Source of the DNA: Lytechinus pictus
Taxonomy: Eukaryota
Length of the DNA: 64,000 nt
Assembly: GCF_037042905.1 (NCBI RefSeq)
Contig: NC_087249.1
Location: 8,806,001 to 8,870,000, forward strand
Reading direction: 5' to 3'
Shown here: piece after piece, positions 10,136 through 22,338 of the stretch
Layout: the number at the start of each line of letters is the position of its first letter
Position numbering within the stretch: position 1 is the first letter of the stretch
Translations under genes and position numbers: made by a program
Notes under the pieces: model-generated
What the model saw: the letters and a program-made list of their open reading frames with translations, nothing else
What the model was told of the DNA's origin: nothing
Databases searched by the model: none

Positions 10136-13100
10136 TATGAAGTGCCAATGTCAATTTTTAATGATTTTCTCTGTTTTTTAGCAACAAGCTGAAGTTGAAA
10201 TGTGTGACCATATATTTATAGCAGTATTCTTATGAAAAAATGCAAATATTTACCATCAAAAATTTTTTTAATCATGAGAAATTTATTCGAAATTTGTAGT
10301 AACAAGAATATTTTATACAACCCATTTGGCACTTCATATGATAATTGCATAATCATCTATAAATTTACATGCAACTTTATGTCACATCACCAGATGATTC
10401 ATGGAATTAATCCCACCACCAAAATTAATAGGGAGAACAGTTTTTCGAAAAATTTTAAAACTTGAATGTAGAAGGGTTGAAATTTGTGAGCTAATGCAAA
10501 AATATCTAGGGACAAAGTTTATACGAAGCTCCATGAAAAATTATGGATGTAAACAGAGTTTCTCACTGTATAAGGAAACAGAAAAAAAAAATTGGTAGGA
10601 GCTTAAATTTTCATTAGGCATCCATGGCCTGTTGTCACACACACATGGCTTTTCATCTCTCAAATTAGCAGGCAAGCGACGATATTGACAGTCATTAATT
10701 TATTAAAGAATTAATTTGGTCTAATGGAGAGCCTGAGTCCAACCTGTAGTATAACCATAGAGATGTATGTATAACTCTATGAATGCACAACTCAAAGAGA
10801 AGAGATGCCATGACATCGTATAGTGCGTCCCACAAAAAGGGAAACCCGCCTTTATAGCCAGATATCACAATCATTGAATATGTTCAGATTATCAATTGAA
10901 CATTAATAATACGAATAAAGTTTCTTCATTAACTTCATACCAAATACTAGTGTTTTTTTAATGCATTGCGGAGTAAAAACAATATATATACTGAGGCATG
11001 TCAAGAACGATTTGCGTAGAAACTTGCATGTGAATATGTGCCCACTTCCATATAGAGATTAATTAAAGAAGCTTAACAAAGAATACAAAATATATGCTAA
11101 AGAGCAATCCCTTACTTATGCAAGGTCATCCCATCCTTAGACAATCTCGATCCAATTGGATTTTCAAATCATCTGTGTGTGAACTTTTCATCTTGATATA
11201 TTTGGTGTCAAAATAAAGAAGAATAGCTTGATAGTAAGAGTTTGTAAAAAATCTATAAAAAAACAGTTTGTTATGTTAAAAAATACAACTTGGAATCCCA
11301 GTTTCCCTTTTTGTGAGATGCTCTGTACAATAAAGAGAAGACTGCAAGCCACCAAGCAAATTACAGCATGGGTATATAGGGCAATCATAGCTGTTTTCCG
11401 TTCCACAAAATGAAACATGAGAGCTAGCATTTTTCAAAAATGATATGCGCTAGACATGGAAATAGTTTGAGTAGCAATTTAATGACAAAAAACATTTTTT
11501 CCTATTCTGCTGTAAATTGAATAACATCTTAATGGATCATTTTGAAAAAAAATGTACATTGTCGATATTGATATAATGCAAACTAATTGTGTATTTTCCA
11601 TTATTATTGAAGTCTGTGTTGATTGTTTACTTTGATCAACAGTTGCTGTAGAGATGATCACATTCAGCCCATGTTAAAAGCTTAAGTAATGAAACGTTAA
11701 TTCATTATGCAGATTAGTTTAAACTTTCGCATATTGATGCTTGTGAATTTGTGGTGAAAACATTGTTAATGCTTCCGTTTTAACATGGACGAAGCTATAT
11801 ACAACGATTGGCCTTTGGTGGATCAGCAGGAATTTTGAAATTTTCATGTTATTATTTTTGTTTAATCTTATAAAAACTACTTAACATCAATTTATTTATC
11901 AAGACATATCATGAACACTGTTTGAATAATACAAGAATAATACACACCATTGAAGGCACTAGTAAGAATTATACGCACGAGGTACATGTACATTTGGAAC
12001 AGTGCTACATGCCAGAGGCATGTTTGGACTGTTACAACATGACAAGTGTATGTAATTATTCTAATGTCTGATCAAAATGATGTGCATTATTTGTTTTATA
12101 AGATAGTAATGTGGATCCTTTTTATTTGATATACTATCCCAATGACCGGTCAATATAACTGGTCATGTGGCAAGATTTCAGCCAATCATTTGACTAGGAT
12201 CCATATCAGCATGTTATAATAAAAAATAATGTCCAAGACATTGCCTTACAGTTTAGCATTAATCATCCTAATAGGATTATTTATGAAAACGGATATTAGA
12301 TGTATTTCCCAATGTTCCCCAAGAAGAATGCACCTGCCTTCATGAACAGTTCATTTATGGAAATATAATTTGAGGCTTTATTTAAGGACATTTTACAAAT
12401 ATTATCTAGCATGTAGTCATCATTGTCATACAATATTATTGTAAAATGGACAATATACTTTTGTAAAAGCAGGATAGGTCTCAAAACATTTTCTTGAAAG
12501 CAAATCTTATATTTCATCACATTTATGAAAATACCAATTTCAATGTTTTATTTTTGAATTATTGTAGATTGTGTTTTATTTTGTTTCTTTTGCAGAAGAT
12601 AAAGGTGATCATAATTATTAATACAATGGATAGTTATTAGCCCAAAGTCATTCACCTAAAAGTTGCTTACAGTTCCTATGCATGATGATTGAGAATGAAA
12701 CAGATAGCCCTACAAGAACACAAGTTGCCATGGTGACCTTTTAATTAGAAATAATATCCAAACAGCTGAGAGACGGAAAAACACTTATCAGAATCGATTT
12801 AGAATCATTTTTTTCCAAAGGCCATTTATGTTCTCATGTAACAATCAGGGGTGGTTTTTCCCCCACAGAGTAAGATTTAGTGAAGTTGCTATGTCTGGCA
12901 ATTACTGGCACTGCTAACCATTACAATTTCCTTGCATGGTAGGCTCCATGGAAGGGCATATTTTAATACCTATTCAAAATTATAATTTTAACATTTGAAT
13001 TTGAATATGAATATTAAAGAGATAATGATTTAGACATCAAAACTGATTAAGAAAGTATGGGAAAGTATTATCTCCTGCATGTGAACATCAAGTGTGATTT

Positions 13101-13460
13101 AAAAGACAGTGCTGGTGCCAGAAAGTTCTGATCAAGACAAAAGGTTGGAGGGGGCGAGCAATATTCTACACGCCCCTACAATCTTTTACCTTCACATTAT
13201 TCCTGCACCGTTGTCATCTTATTTGGTCCAGTCTCAAACATAATCCATTATTTAATTTGAATTGTACTGCAGTAAAAATTCTTTAAAAATCTAAGAAATT
13301 CCATTATTTTTTTTTTGGGGGGGTCACGATTACAGGCAACTTAACAGGTTCTTATTGGTTGATGAAGAGATGGAGAAGAAAGTGAAGTCTAAATGCCATG
13401 GAATGAAATGATAATATGTAGCATGGAGTAAATGCAGCTCAAAATGGCAAAAAACACTAC

Positions 13461-13544
13461 CTGTATCGTGGGGTCCAGCTTCGTTGACTAACTTGACTAA
13501 TAGTCGTTACCTGACTAACAACAGTACTCGATACAGTACTTGAT
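13461..13544 (-). CDS. SLC8A: putative alternative NCX cassette exon (84 nt, phase 2-2, Ser/Thr-rich)
   Basis: ttatgtttgtcaaaag|ATCAAG...TACAG|gtagtg. Reads (R)SSTVSSTVVSQVTTISQVSQRSWTPRY(R/S). An internal alternative donor CAG|gtaacg lies at 13511. Confidence 0.55.
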
Positions 13545-14174
13545 CTTTTGACAAACATAAATATCATTAAGAAATAACGTTGATTAATAAATTGTGGTCT
13601 CATTTTCTCAAAGAAAGAAAACAGGATACAGCTGTTCCACAGAACTTTAACGAAAACAATATCCAATGTGGGCGTTCTGTTTATCTACAAAGAAAGAGTT
13701 CATTTGCAAAAAGTAATATATCCACTATCATGCTCAAAAAGAAACTTAAATATCACTGCCAAATTTACAAAGGTGTCTACATATTAGAGTGTATTTTCAT
13801 GACTCATTCTTCCATTCAAAAGACAGGAACATGAAAGAGGCTGGTTTATATCTGATATTAACAACCAAATTTCTAAGTAAAGTTGATACAAACACTTTTG
13901 CAGATGGATTCTTTGCAAAATATGAAGAGTTATGAATTTTTAAAAGAAAATAAAGAAACTATATATTTATCTTAAATTTCTCTCACACGAACCCAATGGA
14001 AATGTATAACTTACATCAAATTGATAAACATGAAATCTTAATGTATACACTCTAAAAAAGCAGTTGTGTAAAAGTTGTGAGGTTAATGAAAAGCTTTATA
14101 ACTGTGGTTGTTAAGTTCACATAGACCTTACAACTATTTTCCACAAAATGCTTAGAGTGTCAGAGTGTTCTGTA

Positions 14175-14413
14175 CACTGCAAAAACACCGGTGTTGATTT
14201 AACACCAGCCCAGAATCTATATATGTCCACACCAGAGAAGTATTGAAACACCAGTTTGGAATCAAACCGATGCTGTTTCAATACTAATTGGTGTTGTATA
14301 ATCACCTATCTGGTGTTAGACCAAAACGAAACTGATGGTGTTTAACACTTCTCTGGTGTGGACATATATAGATTCCGGGCTGGTGTCAAATCAACACCAG
14401 AGTTTTTGCAGTG
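14175..14413. mobile_element. palindromic CACT-terminated MITE
   Basis: CACTGCAAAAAC.C.GGTGTTGATTT arms in inverted orientation. A smaller CACT...AGTG element is adjacent at 14048-14159. Confidence 0.75.
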
Positions 14414-15417
14414 CAGATATATATTAAGGTTGTGTCATTCAAAATGTTTTGATATGGAGACTGATACCACTACTGACACATGCTGCAGGGCATACATGTA
14501 CGTAATATACGAACATCAGCAACATGCTTTTTCTAACCATATATACAGTATATTCATGTGTTTCTACAAGTAACTATGACTCTACCAGCTATCAGTCTTT
14601 ACAAATCAGATATTGCTAGTCATCAAAACGACGGATATAAAATCACTGATTGAAATTTTATGAATGCATTATGGTTAGTAGACAACAAAAGAGGATATTT
14701 CACATGTGCACGAAAATCAATCTATATTAAGCTAATCTGTCATTGGGATTAGTAAACTCAAAATAACAAATTTAATTAAAACACCTACAAAACAACATTT
14801 TTAAAAATAATCTTCACATAGATAATACAGTTGCAAACTCTGTTGGAAAATATCTTCAAATAGAAAATACAGTGGCAAACGCTTTAAGTAAATCAAGTCC
14901 GGGCCACATTAAAAACTCTATTTGAATTCACAAATAAAACACTCATTTCATAAGGACATTACAGAAATTTATTTTCTAATGAAAATAAATTTCTGTTCCT
15001 GTAGAATGTAAATTTCATCATTTTCATACTGCTGTGATATTTTCAATTCGGCATTATACCTATATTTATACTTGGTATGAAGCAAAAATTATGTACCATC
15101 CAAAAGTTTGCAACACATACACACATAAGCCTCATTTCTTGACTATTCCAATCCGTGATTCTTTTCGGGATGGATCTCTACCCCCAAAATAATAAAAATC
15201 TACTAAGCATGATAAAATTTCAATCTACATGTAAATCATCTTTAATTCATGTGAATTCAATAAAAAAAAGTTATTTTAGGCAAACATTTGGGTGGAATTT
15301 TTTCAGCAGGTTATGAAACCTTTATTATTCCCATGTATAAAAAAAACCCAAAGTATTTGCAATGTTGTCATGGTTACTGGAGAGTTTAATAAACTATACT
15401 ATTGCAAACTCGCTTAC

Positions 15418-15501
15418 CTGGCTCTTGCAAACTGCTGCTTTTCCTCCTCGAGATAAAGCGGTCTGCTGTCGTCAGTTCCCGCTTCTAAGTCTCGCAAAAC
15501 C
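15418..15501 (-). CDS. SLC8A: NCX coding exon (84 nt, phase 2-2)
   Basis: ttttttttttaatcttcag|GGTT...GCCAG|gtaagc. Reads (M)VLRDLEAGTDDSRPLYLEEEKQQFARA(R). The end resembles the QQKSRAFYR segment before CBD1 in vertebrate NCX1 (inference). Confidence 0.85.
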
Positions 15502-15627
15502 CTGAAGATTAAAAAAAAAATTAAACACGTATATTTTAACCCTGTACAGAGCTTATACTCTATATTTCATAGATTAAAATTATGCAAATCAGATATTGCG
15601 AGTGACCAGTCACATATTGCATTTAGG

Positions 15628-15850
15628 TTTAATCCTTAAAGATTGGAATTAAAACAGTAAAAATTTGTATTTAACCCTTAAAGATGGGAATTTAAACCTT
15701 GAAGATGGTAATTTAAACCTTGAAGATGGTAATTTAAACCTTGAAGTTTGTAATCTAATACTTAAAGATTGGAATTTAAAATTAAAGATTGGAAATCAAA
15801 ACTTTAATATTGGAATTCAAAGATTAAAGATTAGAATTTTTACATCTTAA
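15628..15850. repeat. 21-bp degenerate tandem repeat
   Basis: AATTTAAACCTTGAAGATGGT-like units; explains the LEDGNLN repeat ORF. Confidence 0.8.
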
Positions 15851-17995
15851 ATAATTTCAGATTAAATTTTTAAAAAATATTCTGGGAATTGGAAGAGGTA
15901 GTCAGAAGAGGGAGAGGGAAGGGTGAGAATTAAAAAGAAAGAAAAAAATACCAAATATTCAAGGGAAGTGAAAAAAATATATATATATAATTATGTCTGT
16001 CTAAAAAGGATCAACTTCATTTGATTGGAATATAGTATAGATTACATTACATTATTTTGTTACTTATATTTTATAAGGCAGTTTCTCTTCATCTCTTTCT
16101 CTCTCTCTCTCTCTCTCCTTTATTATCATTCCTTTTACTCCTAATTATAAATACAGGTTTAAAATGACCTGACAATTTTCTGGCAATATGATATTTTCAA
16201 ATACTGAATTAAATATATAGATAAAACTAAAAAAAGCTACAAATTTCCAGGCATATTATTCAGAGACATCACATTTATGGGGGATGAGGGGTAGCTGAAC
16301 CTGTATGTCAGTAAAATGTGAATAGCTAGTACTGGGACCTTCAAAAATTTGAGAGTTACATGGATTAGAGTGGCATGTTGAGCAAAAAGCAAGTCTGTAC
16401 CTTTAAGGCTTTTAAACCATTGGTCTTCACACCTTAAATTGCCAATATACATTGCCCAGAGAGGAGAACAGACGTACTCTTAAAAAATAAAGCGAGCCAT
16501 GAGTGAGAGTAAACCCGACTTATCACGTCATAACACGACATGAGCCGAAGAGCAAATAGAAGCCGCCAGTCAGGAGATCAGAAGATGGCACAACATTGGG
16601 GTATTAATTCTCCTCCTCTCTTCGAAACTTCCCTCATGAGACCTCCTCGCCAATCCAAAATGTCAACAACTCAAGAGCCTCCCTCCAGAACCAAACAATT
16701 TTTTTTTTCATAGGGGGAGGAAGCTTTCATACTTGTCACTCACGGCTCACTTATATATGCCGAAAGCTTGAATGTCAAGTTAGATCTATATCCGAGAGAG
16801 GTGATGGGGACCGGGGACATTCTATTGCACGGTCTCTTATATGGGACGATGATAGCACGAGGTTTACATCATAATCATGACACTTTCTCACTTATTGCTG
16901 ACATTACCTCGAGCACTGTAACAGTTGTTTTGAACGAAGAACAACATTGCAACATGATGTCAGCCCAGGGGAAGAATGTGAGAAAGAGGGCGGATAATTA
17001 CGTCTTTCAAGGCACTTGACCCTTTTTGTAAATTAAAAACACGCTACAATATTGAAAGCTATTCCAAGAGGCATGCAGATACTGCCGCACTCTGCCAAAC
17101 TGTTTTGGGGGATTTCAAAAAACCAAACCCAGGTATCCATTACGAGAATTACAATTATTTTTGCAATAATATCATTTGAAAGGGAGAATATACAAATGAG
17201 ATTCATTACTAAAATTACTTGAAGATTTAGTTTCACCTGAAAAAAAACATTTTCAATGGGATGTCACCAAAAAAAAATCAATGTGTAAACATTTCAGGAC
17301 TTGGGAGGGGAGGGATAATCCATACAGTTTTTAGTTGTTGTTGTTGTTGTTACACTCAGTTGATTTTAAATTAATCAGTAGAATAAGCAAAACACTGGAA
17401 ATGACAATTAAACAAAGGTGGAATTTAATCTTGCCAAGTTTCCTTGGGCAGTAAGAAATGACAAGAATGCAAGATGGTGAATCTGTTGTCTTGATAAGGA
17501 TGAAAAGACAAGAAAGCATTAGGATCTTGTCTTCTTGCCCTCATCATGCAAGTTCACTCTCATATCTAGGATCTTGTCTCATCTCATCATCGTTTTTTCG
17601 ATATTAAGATGATCAGACCTAGCATCCCATCATCCCAGACTAGTTTCCTTGTATCTCGTCTCCACTAATCTGTCTGCACTTTTAAGCTTCCATCCCTATC
17701 TCCAAGAACTGTTCGTTCAAAACATCCCATATCCTCCAGACATCCCACACCAGACAATACAACCATCAACTTAATCTTATTTACTGAATTTGGGGAGCTC
17801 CTTTGTGGGCAATTACAGACCATGGTTGTCAAGGGCTTGGGGGCAGTACAAGTGTCTCTCTCTCTCATAAGCCGAGTTTCTGGTCGGTGTATGATTGGTC
17901 ATCCATCGTGTTCTTGAGATGAAAGGTGTCACAAGGGGACAGATGCAACATGGTTATTTTATGGATGTTGAATCCTGTATCCTTATCATTTGGAA

Positions 17996-18840
17996 CAATA
18001 ATGATAATAATAACGTTTTATTTACCCAGGGTAGCCACTACAGTTCGGAAACTGCTCAACCAGCGGGCCCAGCATAACATTATGTCATTATTACCCTTCT
18101 CCAATCTAAATGCGGAGCGCCTAACAAGAAGGCAGAAGGTCCCCTTTTTATAAGTCTTTGGTATGACTTGAATGAGGATTGAACCCACAACCCCTTAAAG
18201 GACAAGTCCACCCCAACAAAAAGTTGATTCAAATAAAAAGAGAAAAATCCAACAAGCATAACACTGAAAATTTCATCAAAACCGGATGTATAATAAGAAA
18301 GTTACGACATTTTAAAATTTCGCTTAATTTCACAAAACAGTTATATTCACATCCTTGCCTGTATGCAAATGAGGAGACTGATGACATCACTCACTCACTA
18401 TTTCTTTCGTATTTTATTACATGAAATATTCAAATTTTCTCCTTTTGTCATGTGAAACAACGACTTATTCCTCCCTGAACATGTGTAATTAGTATTGTTT
18501 AATGCTACATGATTCAATCAGGTTGGTCCTTATTGTCAAATCTGCAAAAAATGAAATATTGTATAATTCAAACAATAAAACACAAAAGAAATAGTGAGTG
18601 ATGGACATCATCGACTGTCCCATTTGCATGTCACTGAGCTGTGCATATCACTGTTTTGTGAAAAATAAGAAAAACTTTAAAATGTCATAATTTTCTTATT
18701 TTACATCCAATTTTGATGAAATTTTCAGCATGATGATTGTTTGATTTTTCTCTATTTATTCAAATCAACATTTATCTGGGGTGGACTTGACCTTTAATCA
18801 TGACAATAGGAGGTAGTACCACTGACCCACCATGCCAGGT
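17996..18840 (-). mobile_element. tRNA-derived SINE interrupted by a family A MITE
   Basis: The minus strand has an A-box-like TGGTGGGTCAGTGG (~18830) and a B-box GGGTTCAATCC (~18180), a GTCATACCAAAGACTT core and a (TTA)n tail at ~18000. Confidence 0.65.
18199..18793. mobile_element. MITE family A (Kolobok/T2-like), full length
   Basis: TTAA|AGGACAAGTCCACCCC ... GGGGTGGACTTGACCT|TTAA, with long inverted arms. Confidence 0.9.
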
Positions 18841-19544
18841 TATGATTATTTATCATTATATTATTTATTTTATTTCAAGTCTATTCAACAGGGTAGCCCA
18901 TCAGTAATTAGAATATTGTTATACTAGGGAGCCCTTGCATAACATAAGATTTTTTTAAAAAAATATATATATATACATGAAAACATGACTTGGTGATATG
19001 AAACTTTGATATAAAATATTATTGGGAGCTACTTATCTATGAGTAACAATAAAGAAACCAAATATTAAAAAAAAAATTAAATGCAATCATCAATATAAAA
19101 GATTAAGTTATTCCTTTTTATTGTATCCTAATATCAGTTAAAGAAAGTAGTAAATAAGTTGCCAGTATGTTAATATTTGGTGTTTAAGAATTGATCTCAT
19201 AAATCAACAGCTAACACATTTTTGTGCTGTAGCATTAATATCCATCAGCTAAAGGTCAAGTCCACCCCAGAAAAATGTTGATTTGAATATTTAGAGAAAA
19301 ATCAAACAAGCATAACGCTGAAAATTTCATCAAAATCGGATGTACAATAAGAAAGTTATGGCATTTTAAAGTTTTGCTTATTTTTCACAAAACAGTGATA
19401 TGCACAACTCGGTGACATGCACATGAGTCAGCGATGATGTCCATCACTCATTATTTCTTTTGTTTTCTATTGTTTGAATTATACAATATTTCAATTTTTA
19501 CAGATTTGACAATATAAGGAACAACTTGACTGAACCATATATAG

Positions 19545-20562
19545 CAGGGGTTCTCAAACTTTTTATTTGAAGGGCCAGATGAGACTCCAAGTAAACCTGA
19601 AAGGGCCAGGGTGAAGTGGATACTTAGAAAAAAAATGTGCGCGAAGTGCAAAGACCTTTGCGGTCGGGGTCCTAGATGCTATCTTGTGCATTCTGGCCCT
19701 TATTTTGGGAGCATTTAATCCAACAAATTTATAACAGTTTCATATGGAACGCAGACAAAATTAAAAAGATTTCAAAATACAGTGAGAGTCAATATTAATG
19801 ATAAAAAAAGTGTAGTACTTTGTTAAAGGGAATCTAGATTGTACCTATACATACCTGGTATTGTGGAGATAGATAATGTCTTGAAGTATCAATATTTTTT
19901 GTAGTCAAAGTAGAATGAATAATAGAGCATGTCTGTTGTAGACTCTAACAAGGATGTCAGTCTCCTAGTCACTTTCAATATGGGAAAAGTGACAGTCTGT
20001 CAGCAACAAGTTGCTTGAACCTTGGCACAAAAGGTGTAATTGCCAGACGAAGGCACTGGTGCAAATGTTCACTGGTCAAGCAGGGGCCGCGGGGGGGGGG
20101 GGGGCTTCAGCCCCCCACTTTTTTCCAAAACCATGTACAAAAACGTAAAAATGACCATATGATTGTGATTTTTAGCACGGCCAGTCCCCCCCCCCTTTGA
20201 AAACCGTTCCGCGGCCCCTGTCAAGGTACTTCGTTATGAGTTAGTTCTTTACAATGTTGTGGAAAAAAGCACTTTCGCACCTGTATGTAGATCCAAACAT
20301 GGTGAGTACAGCGCTGGTCATCTAATAAGAAAGTAAATCGAACAGACAGAAAAGACTCCACTAAACTTTGTTTAAACGTCAAATTTATTTGACTGCCATT
20401 ACTTTTAATTACGGTTAGGTCTACATGGATACACAATGTAATCATATTGAGCTATGTCTCATATTTTGACTTAAAAGTGATAAAAAAAAAACGTCTCGCG
20501 GGCCGGATTGAGAAGCTCGGCGGGCCGGATCCGGCCCGCGGGCCGTAGTTTGAGAACCCCTG
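19545..20562. mobile_element. non-autonomous hAT (Charlie-like) element
   Basis: 16-bp perfect TIR CAGGGGTTCTCAAACT, 8-bp TSD ATATATAG (19537-19544, 20563-20570) and GCGGGCCG subterminal repeats. Confidence 0.9.
20081..20220. mobile_element. 140-bp GC-rich-TIR MITE nested in the hAT element
   Basis: TIR CAGGGGCCGCGG / CCGCGGCCCCTG; flanking direct repeat TCAAG (or GTCAAG). Confidence 0.85.
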
Positions 20563-21940
20563 ATATATAGTATTAAACAATGCTAATTCCACATGTTCAG
20601 GGAGGAATTAATCGTTGTTTCACTTGACAATGAGGAAAAAATTAGAATATTTCATATTTCATATACTAGAAATTAAATACAAAAGAAATAGTGAGTGGAT
20701 GACACGTCATTAGTTTCCTCATTTGCATACTGAACAGGATGTGCATATAACTGTTTTGTGAAATTAAGCAAAACTTTAAAATGTCATAACTTTCTTATTT
20801 TACACCCGATTTTGATGAAATTTTCAGTGTTATGCTTGTTGGATTTTTCTCTTTTTATTCAAATCAATTTTTGTTGGGGTGGACTTGTCCTTTAAGATAA
20901 TAACTTATTACTTTGATCATCAATAAACCAAAATCTCAATAAGCTTTATACATTGTATGTTGATTGCTTTCATTCATCCTTCTAAAATGCTACCTTTATG
21001 GATTCATTCAGTTATACAGTTATAGCTACAGTATTAACTTTATGGACTCATTCAATGCATGTTTACTTCATTTTCTAGTGATATAATATAATGTTTGCAT
21101 TTTTTAAAGTAAAAATATAAAGGACAACTTTGTGATATTCAATCATCAAATGTTACAAAATGGTATATCAAACTAGAATAGATTGAGAGTGGTTTGTTAA
21201 AAATACTTTGACTATATTAAGCTTTAGATCCTCCCATCAAAACTTGATATCATTTACAAATAATCTTTGACAGAGTAATTAATTCATCTCACATCTTTTC
21301 AAATCAAACAGAATCGTGTTAAGAATTATATCTATTCGTACTTCTCTCTGTGGAAAATTGATATCCTAATCCATATTGTTCAATTCCACAGTTCTAAGCA
21401 AAAAAGCAATTCATTGTATATTCATCTACACGAACCTGGTAGCATAATATTCAGCTCATTCAATAGAAATTACCCTATACACTACACTGGGTAATACCAT
21501 GTATGCAAAAGCAAAACATTTAATTATTTGACGATCTTTATTTCCATTTCCAATAGTTAACATTAAATCTGTTTTCTGTAAATCCTTCTCTTGACAATTC
21601 AAGCAAACTTTTTTTTCTACAATGGCTTTCCAATTCCTTTGATTTGTTTCCATAAATCTGTACTGCTATCTGAGCCTGTGACTTGAATATCATTTTTTAA
21701 TATAAAGATTTACTTTCAATAGGAATTCTTGTCATCAAAGTTTTCTTCTCTATTTCCTCTTGATTCTTTTTACACCTTTTAAATTTTGTCTTAATTTGTA
21801 TTCCTAAACTACTCCTGTCCTGCAAAAAAACAATTGAACGCATTTTGTGAATCTAGCTCATTGTCAAACATGTACAGATGGCCATATATTTGCTTTAAAA
21901 TAATAGTCTTTCCTGCGATGTAGCTAAAGCATCCTGGCCT

Positions 21941-22338
21941 GGGTCCCAATGCTTAGCAATTGATCACAGTGATCATTTCTACGATTGATTGCATTTGTTA
22001 TTGTGCACAATCGATCATAAAAATCAGCCCCCGTGATCAATCGCTAGGCCTAATGTTAGGAGGCCCTGATAGCTCTGAGCAGCAGTAGCATTAAACTGAT
22101 ACCATTATGTCTATTGGGCTTCCTGCACATATACACATCCCGTGAAAGTACCCGTTTCCCTCCGTTCTCGGATCCTACCCACTTCATCGATTTCCCCATC
22201 CCGATCAGTGTCCTGTAACACAAAAGTTAGCAATTGATCGTACCCTTGATTCTCAAGATTGATTGTACATTGTAGTCAATGGAATCAATCGTAGACACAT
22301 GTGCTACGATCATTGCTAACCTCTGTGTTACTGGCATC
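21941..22338. mobile_element. two adjacent ~125-bp palindromic MITE remnants (family H)
   Basis: TTAGCAATTGATC...GATCA(A/T)T(C)GCTA arms at ~21941-22066 and ~22208-22338; a third copy lies at ~42520-42648. Confidence 0.55.

Larger units (their letters stand above)
19253..20891. mobile_element. MITE family A, opposite orientation, interrupted by nested elements
   Basis: CTAA|AGGTCAAGTCCACCCC ... GGGGTGGACTTGTCCT|TTAA. The sequence resumes colinearly after the 19545-20562 insert. Confidence 0.9.

Noticed and set aside
12596..12604. Plus-strand 9-nt microexon-like pattern tttcttttgcag|AAGATAAAG|gtgatc
   Set aside because: Antisense to the gene with no plus-strand partner exons. Kept as a warning that single microexon-like patterns arise by chance.
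17231..17300. Possible recursive splice site ttttttttcag|GTGAAA in the 19-kb intron
   Set aside because: Weak regenerated donor; not distinguishable from chance.
20950..21830. Possible highly decayed LINE reverse-transcriptase remnant on the minus strand (similar hints at ~29000-29200 and ~35550-36240)
   Set aside because: Only faint motif resemblance; boundaries and family cannot be supported.
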